A stretch of 63,839 nt of DNA, filler included, from Candidatus Zhuqueibacterota bacterium (GTDB taxonomy: Bacteria; BS750m-G25): the NCBI GenBank assembly GCA_016783505.1. It is 3 parts of 3 records of this genome, joined end to end, with 100 filler letters (N's around TTAATTAATTAA, not from the genome) between each part and the next. Parts side by side here need not be neighbours in the genome. Positions count along the whole stretch, not along the records: positions 29,041 to 57,727 come from JADHWK010000029.1; positions 57,828 to 63,839 come from JADHWK010000085.1; 1 more part is not named here. One strand, written 5' to 3'. This document shows, in pieces, positions 48,393 to 58,401 of this stretch. The notes beneath the pieces were generated by a model. It saw only the letters and a program-made list of their open reading frames with translations. It was not told the DNA's origin and searched no databases. Numbering within the stretch: position 1 is the stretch's first letter; the number at the start of each line of letters is the position of its first letter. The translations under genes were made by a program, and so were the position numbers.

Positions 48393-50690
48393 ATGCGTCG
48401 CCCTATCCTCTTATCCATCGCCATTGTAGGGTTCTCTTCATTGATCGCCCAGGTGATCTTCCTCCGCCAGTTTACCGTTATCTTCTACGGCAATGAGCTT
48501 ACCCTGGGGGTCATTCTCGGAAACTGGCTTTTGTGGACGGCGGCCGGGAGCGGGCTGGCTACCCTGTTTCTGAAAAGGATCTCCTCCCCCCGCCGGCTAT
48601 TTTCCACCCTGCAGTTCCTCCTCGCCTTTATCCTGCCCGCCACCCTGTTTCTCCTGCGGGCCAACCGCCTTTTACTGGACAGATCCCTGGGAGAAATTGT
48701 GGGCCCCCTTCCCATCCTGTGGGTCTCGGCCATCACCCTTTTTCCCTACTGTCTCATAAACGGGATTCTGTTCGCCCTGGGGGTCCACATCCATGCCGCC
48801 GATACCGACGAGAAAGGACAATCGGTGGGCTGGGTTTACTTAGCTGAGGCGGCGGGGTCGGCCCTGGGGGGCGCCCTTCTGGGATTTTTCCTCATCCGGG
48901 TGCAGCCCCCCTTCCAGATCCTCTTTTTGACCTCCTGTCTTAATCTGCTGGGGGCCTTGACCCTCACTGGATTTTTCTGGCAGATAAAATCCGCCGGAAG
49001 ATGGCTCATCTTCGCCGTTTTCCTGATTCTGTTCCCGGCCCTCTCGCTGACCATCATTCCCCGGTTGGAAACCCTTTCCCAGCGGATCCTCTGGCAGGGG
49101 TATGAACTTCTGGAGACTAATGAGACCATCTACGGCAACATCGCCGTCACCCGGCTGGGGGAGAGCCGCAGCTTTTTCGAAAACGGCCTGTTGATGTTCA
49201 CCAATCCCGACCTATTCTACGCCGAAGAGTCGGTTCACTTTGCCTTACTGGAACACCCGCAGCCCCGAAGGGTGCTCCTGATCGGGGGGGGAATAGGGGG
49301 GGGACTGAAACAGGTGCTGGCCCATCCCAGCATTGAAAGGGTGGATTATGTGGAGCTCGATCCGGGCCTGATCGAATTGGGAAGGGAACATCTGCCGCCG
49401 GAAGAGACAAATGCCCTGTCCGATCCCCGGGTGGCCCTGCACCACCGTGACGGCCGGGCGTTCATCAAAGGGACCAGCCAGACCTACGACGTGGTTTTGG
49501 TCAACCTGCCCGACCCCCATACCGCCCAGTTAAATCGGTTTTATACCCTGACCTTTTTCCAATTGGTCAAAGAAAAGCTGAACCCCGGTGGAATTTTGGC
49601 CTTCAGTTTGACATCGGGCGAAAATTTCATAGGGAAAGACCTGGGGTATTTCCTGACCTGCATTCTTAATACCCTCAAACAGGTCTTCCCCGACATCGTA
49701 CTCATCCCGGGGGATACCAATTATTTTATTGCCTGCAAGAGCAAAGGGGTGCTGACTGAAGACCCCATGGTTCTGGTCCAGAGAATAAAAGAACGAGGTC
49801 TCCCCACCAAATTTGTGAGGGAGTATTACCTCCCTTACCGCATGTCCCCCGAAAGAATGAACTACCTTAAGACTAGATTGGCGGAATCTTCCAGTGAAGA
49901 GATAAATCAAGATTTCAGGCCGGTGGGCTATTTTTACGACATCGTCCTCTGGGACACCTACTTCCGAACCGGATTTAAGAATTTCTTCATGCTGATTTCA
50001 AAACTCAGTTTTGGGAGAATTGTACCTCTTCTCATCGGTCTTTTCCTGTTATATTTGGCCCTGTCTTATTTTCGCAGGAAAAAGAGGGGACTGGTCCTAC
50101 CGGGGATTCGGCTTTCCGTGGCGGTGGTGGGGTTCTCCGAGATCGCCCTGGAGGTGATCGTTATTCTGGGATTTCAGATCGTCTACGGCTATGCCTACTA
50201 CCTGTTGACCCTGATCATCGCCGGGTATATGGTGGGATTAAGCGGGGGGAGTTACCTGTGCACCCGGAAATTGGCGAAGATGGGAAGGCCCCTGCTTACC
50301 TTCAAAGCCCTGCAGGGAGCCATGGTGCTTTTGCCCCTGCTAATCATCGGCTTTCTGATGTTTAGTTCCCATCAGACGGGCATATTATCAACTATTTCTC
50401 TGGGTCTTTTCCCGGGATTGGCCATGTTGGCCGGGGGGCTGGGGGGATTCCAATTCCCATTGGCTAATCAACTCATTCAACGGGAAAATACTACCCAACG
50501 GGAAGCCGGGCAGACAGCGGGGCGGCTGTACGCCCTGGATCTGGTGGGCTCCTGTCTGGGAGCCTTTCTGGTGAGTGCCTTTCTGATTCCTATCATTGGA
50601 ATCAGTGAAACCTGTTTTTTGCTGGCCGTCTTGAATATTTTTCCCCTGATTTTGCTATGGTGGGGAACAAAAGAAACCCCCAAGGGTTGA
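48393..50690 (+). CDS. Fused MFS-like membrane / spermidine-synthase-fold protein
   Basis: Two TM bundles flanking VLLIGGGIG..VELDP..DGRAFI..NLPDP. Confidence 0.88.
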   Translation: MRRPILLSIAIVGFSSLIAQVIFLRQFTVIFYGNELTLGVILGNWLLWTAAGSGLATLFLKRISSPRRLFSTLQFLLAFILPATLFLLRANRLLLDRSLGEIVGPLPILWVSAITLFPYCLINGILFALGVHIHAADTDEKGQSVGWVYLAEAAGSALGGALLGFFLIRVQPPFQILFLTSCLNLLGALTLTGFFWQIKSAGRWLIFAVFLILFPALSLTIIPRLETLSQRILWQGYELLETNETIYGNIAVTRLGESRSFFENGLLMFTNPDLFYAEESVHFALLEHPQPRRVLLIGGGIGGGLKQVLAHPSIERVDYVELDPGLIELGREHLPPEETNALSDPRVALHHRDGRAFIKGTSQTYDVVLVNLPDPHTAQLNRFYTLTFFQLVKEKLNPGGILAFSLTSGENFIGKDLGYFLTCILNTLKQVFPDIVLIPGDTNYFIACKSKGVLTEDPMVLVQRIKERGLPTKFVREYYLPYRMSPERMNYLKTRLAESSSEEINQDFRPVGYFYDIVLWDTYFRTGFKNFFMLISKLSFGRIVPLLIGLFLLYLALSYFRRKKRGLVLPGIRLSVAVVGFSEIALEVIVILGFQIVYGYAYYLLTLIIAGYMVGLSGGSYLCTRKLAKMGRPLLTFKALQGAMVLLPLLIIGFLMFSSHQTGILSTISLGLFPGLAMLAGGLGGFQFPLANQLIQRENTTQREAGQTAGRLYALDLVGSCLGAFLVSAFLIPIIGISETCFLLAVLNIFPLILLWWGTKETPKG

Positions 50691-50708
50691 TACCCTGCGG
50701 GGGTTTTT
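50674..50708 (+). terminator. Intrinsic terminator overlapping the stop codon
   Basis: aaacccccaaggg..ccctgcgggggttttt. Confidence 0.65.
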
Positions 50709-50867
50709 ATCTTTTGGGGTTAGTCCCTGAGGGCCTTTGGCAAAAATAATCTCATGTTTTCATCTCCCGGGGCTATGCAGCGTTTAGCCCCGGGCGGATG
50801 CGTTAATGTTTGGACGTGATAACCAGAAACCAACTTTATTATAAAAAGTTGATTTCTAAATTAACAT

Positions 50868-50984
50868 CTACTCCAGTTCTTCCTCCCCAAACACCTCAGC
50901 GGTGGAGGTTTCGATCGCCGTGTCCTTATCCTTCCAGGCATCCGGGGGAAGTCCCGCCTTTGGGGGCACAGAGGTTGGATCGGA
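50868..50984 (-). pseudogene. Diverged second copy of the amrB-amrA fusion 3' end (52299-52414)
   Basis: Encodes SNLCA/KAGLPPDAWKDKDTAIETSTAEVFGEEELE* with a 1-nt insertion. Confidence 0.92.
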
Positions 50985-52160
50985 TCACGGCCCTCCCTCT
51001 TTTTCAAAATAGCTAATCATATCATAAAGGCTTTGCATGGCATAATCGTATCCCTTAGCTGCGTAATGGATGGTGTGGTTGAGCACACGGGCTAGCCATA
51101 GATGAAACAGCAGTTCTTGCCATGGTTTTTTAGCTTCAAGGAAGTTTGCCAGTAAAATCTTATAGGCTTCATACCAGGCTTCAGGGCTTATGAAACGTAC
51201 GTCGGGACGAGAGCTATTCTCACTGCAGGCTAGCATACCCTCACGGATATTGGTGGGGAACAGGTCTAATAATTCCACCTCTTCTTTAGTCCAGTTCTCT
51301 CGCAATAGGGGTATTGTGCCCTCAAGGTCAAATGCTTTTTTCTCCCTTATAGCTTTAGGGACATTGGCCACTGCATCTTTTTTATAGACCATACCAGCAG
51401 TATCTATTTTTAGCGATTGGTTTTCCTTTATGATCGAGAAACATTCTATTAGCATTGTGTAAAGGTCGGTTAGCTTACCGTAGAGCTTGTGAAGTTTACC
51501 CTCCTCTATGTAAGATTCGTAAAGCGGGACTTTGTATCTACAAAAGCCAAGCGTATAAGCAGTGTCAACAGCCCAATCGCTATAATTTAGTACCAGACTA
51601 TCGTTCGCAAGCCTCAGCGCCACTTCTCTTTTTATGGCTAGTTCGCCGCCAAGTGGCTGCTCAACATTAGCCAGTATAGTATGCGGCCAACAAGAGGCAA
51701 GCCCACATTTGGTGATGTTCCAGGTGATCATGGCATCTGTTGAGACCCGTGGAAAGAAGAACCGTACCACATCAAAGCCATCTTTGAGCTTTTTCTCTGC
51801 ACACGTAATCCAATCCTGACTAAAAGTTAGAATGTCAGCATCATAAAAATGGATCGTCTGATAGGGGGTGCGGCTAATGAAGAAATTCAATGCAGTATTC
51901 ATGCCATCACCTTTGCCGGCCCGTCGTTTGGTGCCCAGCCGAGTCTGAAGCATCAAATGCACCTTTTTGCTGTTTTCGTGTTCGATGGAAGGGATCGTTG
52001 CCTCAATCTCTTTGAAACAATCGTTCTTCTCATAACCGACACAGATTACAGCACCCACTTTAGGGTGCTTTATAACCTCCTTGATATTCTTGGTGAAGAC
52101 TTGTACGTCTTCTTTTTTGAAGGGGAAACAAACTGCGCTTTTCGGATCTTCTCGGCTCAT
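50985..52160 (-). CDS. mgs: Mannosylglycerate synthase (GT78)
   Basis: FPFK, GKGDGMNTAL, HFYDADI, PR.STDAMITW, EQPLGGEL, DW..DT, GK.H.LYG: motifs I recognise from Rhodothermus MGS. Confidence 0.88.
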   Translation of the reverse strand: MSREDPKSAVCFPFKKEDVQVFTKNIKEVIKHPKVGAVICVGYEKNDCFKEIEATIPSIEHENSKKVHLMLQTRLGTKRRAGKGDGMNTALNFFISRTPYQTIHFYDADILTFSQDWITCAEKKLKDGFDVVRFFFPRVSTDAMITWNITKCGLASCWPHTILANVEQPLGGELAIKREVALRLANDSLVLNYSDWAVDTAYTLGFCRYKVPLYESYIEEGKLHKLYGKLTDLYTMLIECFSIIKENQSLKIDTAGMVYKKDAVANVPKAIREKKAFDLEGTIPLLRENWTKEEVELLDLFPTNIREGMLACSENSSRPDVRFISPEAWYEAYKILLANFLEAKKPWQELLFHLWLARVLNHTIHYAAKGYDYAMQSLYDMISYFEKEGGP

Positions 52161-52298
52161 ATGATAAAACAGTTGCCTCTCCCTATTTATCACAGAATGT
52201 CTTTAAAGAGAGGCAACCAGGGTCATAAAATTTAGACATTAGTCAACAGTTGCTTCAATCCCGAATGTTCGGCATTGAAGCATTACAGTAGGGTAAGA

Positions 52299-53897
52299 TC
52301 ACTCTAGCTCTTCCTCTCCGAACACCTCAGCGGTGAAGGTTTCGATCACCGTATTCTCATCCTTCCAGGCATCCGGGGGAAGTCCCGCCTTGTGGGCGCA
52401 GAGGTTGGACAGGAAGGTCTCCCGATCCCACCCCGTCTCATCAGCAACCTGGGGCAAAAATACCCCCTGGTTTGGTCCCCGCTTTACGATCACCCCATGC
52501 TTGCCCATCACGATTTTAGCCACGTCCGTAACCCTCTGAGGGACCGACAGAACGGATATTTCAATCGAGATGTCCTTCAGTTCCTCCGGGCTGACCGGGG
52601 GGAAGCGGTAGTCGTTAAGGGCGGATGATTCGGCCATCTCGCGTACCGTTAAGCCGAGGGGCTTGACCGGCAGGATGTAACCGATGCAGCCCCGGAGCTG
52701 CCCGTGTTTGTGGATGGTCACAAACGCCCCCCGATCTTCCTTCAACACGCCAGAACTGACCTTAAATTCGGGCACCTTCTCCCCCTGGACCACCTTTTCG
52801 ATGGTGGTGCGGGCGATGTGGAGAAGCTCCCGTTTTTCCTCTCTGGAAAGCCCCATAGTTTCTCCCTGATTTTTTTCTTCGTCTGAGTTACCACCCCTCT
52901 CTCCTTGGCTTGGGGGGGGCTGCGGCCATTGACCGGTGAAGCAGATAGAGGCGTAGCTCACCGAGCTGGAATAATCCCCGGTGAGGTCAATGGAGGTGTA
53001 ATAGTCCAGCAGCTTCCCCTTGGCTCCCTCAGGCAGGAGCTTTAAAAGAACGGCGATGGGCATGCGGCCGCAGATGGTGATGCCGGTATTGGTTAGATAG
53101 TCCAGAAGCCCATCGAAATCTCCGGCAATAATCAGGTCAATGGCCCCCTGATCCAGCTCCCCCAGACGGGCTTTCGTTCCCACCTCGGTGTCTTCCACAA
53201 AAGGCATGTAACCGAACCGCCGGCCGTAATGGGTAAAATCCGAGCTGGCAACCACCAGGGTTCTGGAATTCAGATGTTTAGCTATTGCCCCTGCGATCTT
53301 TCCATAGTCCTCATTAGTTAAAAATCCAATAAGAACCGGCACGATCTTAAAATCACTCAGGACTTCCTGCAGGAAGGGGAGCTGAACCTCGATGGAATGT
53401 TCCGGGCCATGAGCCTGGGGGACGGTGGAAAAAAGCTCCTTCTTTAAAAGCGCTTTACAAATTTCAAGGTCAAGGGGAACTCTTCCCAGGGGGGTTTCAT
53501 AATAATCAACTGCGGGAATGGAGGCTCCCCGGAAGCTGGCGTAATGAGTGGGCCCGAGGATGATAACCCGATTGAATTCTCGCCCCCCCAACAATTTGTA
53601 ACCGTATGCTGCCGCCCGGCCCGAATAGGTGTAGCCGGCGTGGGGGGAGATCAGGGCGATGATATCCCCGGCGATGGAGGGGATCTCCACCCTCTTTAGA
53701 TAGGAGTTCACTTGGCCTTTGAGGATTACTGGATCGGAGGGATAAAAGCCCCCCGCCTGAGCGGGAGGCCTGACCCTTTCAGTTATGATGGACTGGGTCG
53801 CCGTTTCTCCCCCCCCTTTTTCCGGGGATGGTTTTTGGCCCTTGCATCCGATAAGAACGGATGCGGACAGCAAAATCATTATTATGGATCTGATCAT
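52299..53897 (-). CDS. amrB: AmmeMemoRadiSam protein B (MEMO) - protein A (AMMECR1) fusion with lipoprotein signal
   Basis: Lipobox LIGC; PHAGY, EHSIEVQLPFLQ, SSDFTHYG, TICG; GAFVT..LRGCIG, FLPQVA. Confidence 0.93.
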   Translation of the reverse strand: MIRSIIMILLSASVLIGCKGQKPSPEKGGGETATQSIITERVRPPAQAGGFYPSDPVILKGQVNSYLKRVEIPSIAGDIIALISPHAGYTYSGRAAAYGYKLLGGREFNRVIILGPTHYASFRGASIPAVDYYETPLGRVPLDLEICKALLKKELFSTVPQAHGPEHSIEVQLPFLQEVLSDFKIVPVLIGFLTNEDYGKIAGAIAKHLNSRTLVVASSDFTHYGRRFGYMPFVEDTEVGTKARLGELDQGAIDLIIAGDFDGLLDYLTNTGITICGRMPIAVLLKLLPEGAKGKLLDYYTSIDLTGDYSSSVSYASICFTGQWPQPPPSQGERGGNSDEEKNQGETMGLSREEKRELLHIARTTIEKVVQGEKVPEFKVSSGVLKEDRGAFVTIHKHGQLRGCIGYILPVKPLGLTVREMAESSALNDYRFPPVSPEELKDISIEISVLSVPQRVTDVAKIVMGKHGVIVKRGPNQGVFLPQVADETGWDRETFLSNLCAHKAGLPPDAWKDENTVIETFTAEVFGEEELE

Positions 53898-54058
53898 TTT
53901 GATCCCCAATGCTAAATTTCAGTGTAAAAGTTCACCACGGTCCCGAGCATTCGGGATCACGGAACTGCACAGAAATCCTTTGCCCATTTCTAATCTTTTC
54001 CTGTGTTATTCTGTGGTGAAATATTGCATTTCAGCAAAATTTCTTGTTGCCTCGAAAT

Positions 54059-55711
54059 TTACTCCAGTTTCAGGCTACGCAGGTAAGCTGATGAGCCCAG
54101 GGGTCGGCCGGTGGCCTTTTCTATCCGCCGGGTCCACTCCTCTGTTTCCCCCGCTTCGTACAGGTTCTTCACCAGCCACTGGCCCACGCCGACGGAGTCC
54201 ACTACCCCCTCCCCAAACTTTGCCACCATGGTTTCATGAACCTGGGCGGAGATCAACGAGGACAGGAGATAATTTTGGAAATAAACCGGATAGGTGGTTA
54301 ACAGGGTGTTGGCTGCCCAACTGGCCGGTTCGTCCTCGGAAATTTCCAAGAACAGGAATTGACGGATAAAGGCCTTATGGAGGCTGTCAAGATCGGCCCC
54401 TAAATTTCCATAGGCCTCTAGTTCAAAAGTAATAGTAGCCAATAGTGACCGGAGACCGTAGATTTTGGATTGGATTTTCGCCCTTTGGTAAACCGAGATC
54501 AAGCTATCCGGCACCTGAGTATAGGTTGTCAACCACAGGGGATCCTGGGTGTAATCAGCGATGATGTCGGCCAGTCCCTCGGAATAGCCGGGGCTAGTGT
54601 TGCCCAGCAGCCATTCGTACCCCTTGAGGATGGGCGGTTTCACCCGGGTATAGACCGCCTGGAGACCGTGCCCGTATTCGTGAAAGAGGATCCCGTAGAA
54701 GCGGTGGCCCTGCACCGGGCCGACCAAAAGCCGGTCATCTTCAGGGATGCGGACGGCCAGGTTGAGCCCTCCATAAGGGATGTCCTTGAACACCACCCTA
54801 ATGGGGAGGGTTTCAATCGGGAAGCCGATGGCGTTCAAAAAACGGGTGAGGATGGGGAGGGCCTCTTGGGTAGTGAAATAGCTGTCGGGCAAGGAGGCCG
54901 TTTTATGTAAAAGATAATCCATATCCCAGGGATGGAGGGTCTCTACTTCCCATTGCCGCTTAAGGCTGTCCAGTAAGGTTTGGTAAGGCCGGCGGGTCTT
55001 TTCCTCCAACCCGGCCATAAGCTCCTCCAACCATTTCCGATCAACCCCCTGCAGGCTTAAGCAGAGGCTGGCGTAATCGGGGAAACCCAGCGCCCGGGCC
55101 TTTTGGTTCCGCATGGCCATTAGCCTTAATAGATCCCCTTCCACCACCGATGAAAGCTGGGCGGCAACACCCCAGGCCCGGTGTCTTTTTCCCGGATCGT
55201 CCTCCAGACGCAGGATTTGGGAAATTTGGGCCCTGGATATCGCTTCACTGTTTAAACGATAACTAAAATCAGCGATTATCTTCTCCAGTTTATTTTCCAG
55301 GGAGTAGATTTCCGGGTTATTATCCACCGTCGCCCCCAGGAAGCAGCGGTGCCAGAGCTCCAGCCGGCGGGCCAGGAGGGGGTTGTCCTGGGTCCCGATG
55401 CGACCCTGCCAAGTATCCACCGTCTTTTGGTACTCTTCGTTCAAAAGGATTTCGGCGAATTCCTTTTTTACCGAATCCAAGTCCGCCGGACCCTCACCTG
55501 TGTAGATATTCCAATTGGCCTCGCCCATATGAACAGAGGCCATCTCCAACTTAAGCTCGAGACTGTCAAGCATAGTGATCAACGCTTCAACTTGGTTGAT
55601 ATCAGTCCCGAAAAAGCCCTTTTCCCTCATGGTTCCGCAGCCGAGGATCATTATAATGATAAGAATAAAGATGAAATGGCTAAAAGGAAAATAATTAATT
55701 TTTTTATACAT
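54059..55711 (-). CDS. M3/M2-like zinc oligopeptidase, lipoprotein
   Basis: Lipobox ILGC; RNQKARALGFPDY, PWD, FHEYGH..SE, YFQNY. Confidence 0.82.
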   Translation of the reverse strand: MYKKINYFPFSHFIFILIIIMILGCGTMREKGFFGTDINQVEALITMLDSLELKLEMASVHMGEANWNIYTGEGPADLDSVKKEFAEILLNEEYQKTVDTWQGRIGTQDNPLLARRLELWHRCFLGATVDNNPEIYSLENKLEKIIADFSYRLNSEAISRAQISQILRLEDDPGKRHRAWGVAAQLSSVVEGDLLRLMAMRNQKARALGFPDYASLCLSLQGVDRKWLEELMAGLEEKTRRPYQTLLDSLKRQWEVETLHPWDMDYLLHKTASLPDSYFTTQEALPILTRFLNAIGFPIETLPIRVVFKDIPYGGLNLAVRIPEDDRLLVGPVQGHRFYGILFHEYGHGLQAVYTRVKPPILKGYEWLLGNTSPGYSEGLADIIADYTQDPLWLTTYTQVPDSLISVYQRAKIQSKIYGLRSLLATITFELEAYGNLGADLDSLHKAFIRQFLFLEISEDEPASWAANTLLTTYPVYFQNYLLSSLISAQVHETMVAKFGEGVVDSVGVGQWLVKNLYEAGETEEWTRRIEKATGRPLGSSAYLRSLKLE

Positions 55712-55891
55712 CCTATAAATTCCCGGCCTTAAATTATTCTCAATTCCTCCTGCCATTTAAACGAATTTAGCCCCTTTTCGACAGAAAGGAAAATCGCCTT
55801 ACCCTTGTCCCCCCCTCTCCTCCGCCTCCCTGCTCCTTTTGCTTTAATTTGAAACATCAGGGCCATTTCTTATCTTTACCAATCTGAGGCC

Positions 55892-57043
55892 CTATTTCCA
55901 CACCCCGGGAATGACTTCCCCGCAAGAGGAACATTTTCCCCCGTTGAGCTTTACATCCAAAATGGTATACCCAATGCGGTGGATGATGGTTTCCCCGCAC
56001 GATGGACAGGTGGTGCTCTCGCCGGGGTGGCCGGGAACGTTCCCGATGTAGACATAATGCAGCCCGGCCTCCAGGGCGATGTCCCTAGTTCTCTCTAAGG
56101 TGGATACTGGGGTAGGGGGGATGTTCTTTAGCTGATACTGGGGATAGAATCGGGAGAAGTGAAGGGGCACCCCAGGGCCCAGCTCAGAGGCGATCCAGCG
56201 GCACATGGCCTTCAGATCCCCCGGCTGGTCGTTCAGGGTGGGGATGATGAGATAGACGATCTCCGTCCACATACCCATATCCTTGAGAAGTACCAACGTA
56301 TCCAGCACCGGTTTCAGTCCCCCCACCACGAATTCCCGGTAGAATTTCTCAGTGTAGGCTTTAAGATCTATCTTGACGGCGTCCAGCACCCGGCACAGCT
56401 TTTTCATGGGCTCCTTGCTGATGTAGCCGTTGGTGATCATCACTGACTTTATCCCCTGTTCCCGCCCCAACTCGGCGGTATCGTACATGTATTCGTAGAA
56501 GATCACCGGTTCGGTGTAGGTGTAGGCGATGGTGGGGCATTTTCGTTGGACGGCGAGGCGAACGATGGCTTCCGGGGGGCCGTCCAACCCCGGCTCTTGC
56601 TCGGGCCGGACCTGGGAGATCTGCCAGTTCTGACAGAATTTGCAGTTGACGTTGCAGCCCACGGTGGCGATAGAGAGCGCTTCGGTGCCCGGAAGAAAAT
56701 GAAACAGGGGTTTCTTTTCAATGGGGTCGAGGTGGAGGGAGCAGGGTCGGGAATGGACCAGCGTCCAGTAGATTCCCCCCCGGTTCTCACGGACCCCGCA
56801 GTAGCCCCGCTCCTGGTCGTCAATGACGCACTCCCGGGGGCAGAGGGTGCACCGGATCTTCCGATGGGGTAATCTTTCGTAGTAGCGTGCTTCCACCAGA
56901 AATTCTTCGGCGGCGGATTCAAAATAGGGGGGGCGGGAGGCCAAGGCCTTTCTGGCTAAAGGAAAGACCCCGGCCCCTACGGCGCAAAAGGCCGCCGAGG
57001 TCTTTAGAAACTTCCGTCGGGATATGTGACCGGGTTTCATCAT
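55892..57043 (-). CDS. amrS: AmmeMemoRadiSam radical SAM enzyme with twin-arginine signal
   Basis: ISRRKFLK..ALA; CTLCPREC, DPIEKKPLFHF, CNVNCKFC, YTYTEP, YVYIGNV. Confidence 0.95.
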   Translation of the reverse strand: MMKPGHISRRKFLKTSAAFCAVGAGVFPLARKALASRPPYFESAAEEFLVEARYYERLPHRKIRCTLCPRECVIDDQERGYCGVRENRGGIYWTLVHSRPCSLHLDPIEKKPLFHFLPGTEALSIATVGCNVNCKFCQNWQISQVRPEQEPGLDGPPEAIVRLAVQRKCPTIAYTYTEPVIFYEYMYDTAELGREQGIKSVMITNGYISKEPMKKLCRVLDAVKIDLKAYTEKFYREFVVGGLKPVLDTLVLLKDMGMWTEIVYLIIPTLNDQPGDLKAMCRWIASELGPGVPLHFSRFYPQYQLKNIPPTPVSTLERTRDIALEAGLHYVYIGNVPGHPGESTTCPSCGETIIHRIGYTILDVKLNGGKCSSCGEVIPGVWK

Positions 57044-57174
57044 TATCAACACATCACAATAAATCAAGGCTATATGGAATTGACTGAAATTCAGAGAGCT
57101 TAAAAATTATTGTATCAGTTCATTACTACATTCTATTTTCTGAATCTTTTTGCCCTTCTGAAAGTCCCCATTTG

Positions 57175-57221
57175 ACCCCCCCTTTTATTCCCCCCTTTAA
57201 TAAAGGGGGGCTAGGGGGGTT
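57175..57221. repeat. ccccctttaataaagggggg-type hairpin repeat
   Basis: Related hairpins at ~4036-4058 and ~4095-4110. Confidence 0.55.
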
Positions 57222-57362
57222 AGTGGGTGGTAACCACCTTTAAAAAAAGAGGGGGAAACGAAACAGAATTAAAACAAAAGATCATCATATTAACTTTTTT
57301 TTACTTTGGTGATTTATCGCCAAGTGACCCCGATACGTCGGGGGTGGCTGAACTGTTACAGA

Positions 57363-57727
57363 TTATTTAATAAGCAGGATCTTTCTGATAGATATAAATT
57401 GGTTCGCCTGGAGTCGGGCGAAGTAGACCCCGGAAGGGAGGTCCCTAGCATCCCATTGGATGCGATAGTCCCCGGGGTTCTGAACATTATTGACCAAACT
57501 AGATACCCTTTGACCCCTGAGATTGTAAATCCACAAGGTCACCTTAGCTTTTTCTGGGAGTCGGTAACGAATTATGGTTGTTGCGTTGAAGGGATTGGGG
57601 ACGTTTTGAAATAGCGTAAAAGATTTTGGGCTGAACTCATTTCTCCCTTGGTCACTAATCCCGACGACCACACAGGTGAACAGGCCATCCTCAGTTACCG
57701 CTGAGGGGTTTCCCCCGTTGAACACAA
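57363..57727 (-). CDS. T9SS-type C-terminal domain; 5' partial at contig end
   Basis: FTLFQNVPNPFNATT..SGVYF..RKILLIK. Confidence 0.85.
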
Positions 57728-57827
57728 NNNNNNNNNNNNNNNNNNNNNNNNNNNNNNNNNNNNNNNNNNNNTTAATTAATTAANNNNNNNNNNNNNNNNN
57801 NNNNNNNNNNNNNNNNNNNNNNNNNNN
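57728..57827. other. Artificial contig linker
   Basis: N44-TTAATTAATTAA-N44. Confidence 0.98.
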
Positions 57828-58072
57828 GCCCGGCTGGCCACATACAGTAGAAGCTCGGTAAAATCCTCCATCCTTTCGTTTTCCCGGTCCAGAAGGATGC
57901 GGCGGATCCCCTCGGATATCTTCGTCCCCCCGGGCTCCCGAACCAGAACTACCTGATGACCCTCGCGTTTCAACCTTTCCTTAAGCAGTTGGACCTGGGT
58001 CGTCTTGCCCGAAAAGTCAACCCCCTCAAAGGTAATCAATGATCCCTTCTGCCCACCTATCCTTTCAGTCAA
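57828..58072 (-). CDS. tmk: Thymidylate kinase, 3' partial
   Basis: [30 protein letters not shown] start after ggaggag. Confidence 0.93.
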
Positions 58073-58401
58073 GCCAGTTCCTCCTCCGACTTTTGAAATA
58101 TAATAATGTTTCCCGCAAAAAGCAAGAAATAAAAAAGACAATCAACGTAAGATCAATTGCCTACATTTATCTAATATCCCTAATTCGGAATTTCATTTTT
58201 AGCCCACGAATTTATTCGTGGGCCTTTAAGGCGCATTGAGAATTTTAACCGTTTTAACGGTTTAATTTGATACCCACGATTAAAATTGTGGTTTTCCTCT
58301 TTCAGATCGTCAGTGAAGTTGTCGTCCCCGACAAAACCGCTGTCAAAGATTTCCGATGAATGAGGTGGACTCCTAGAGCACAAACTTACAAAAGATAAGA
58401 T

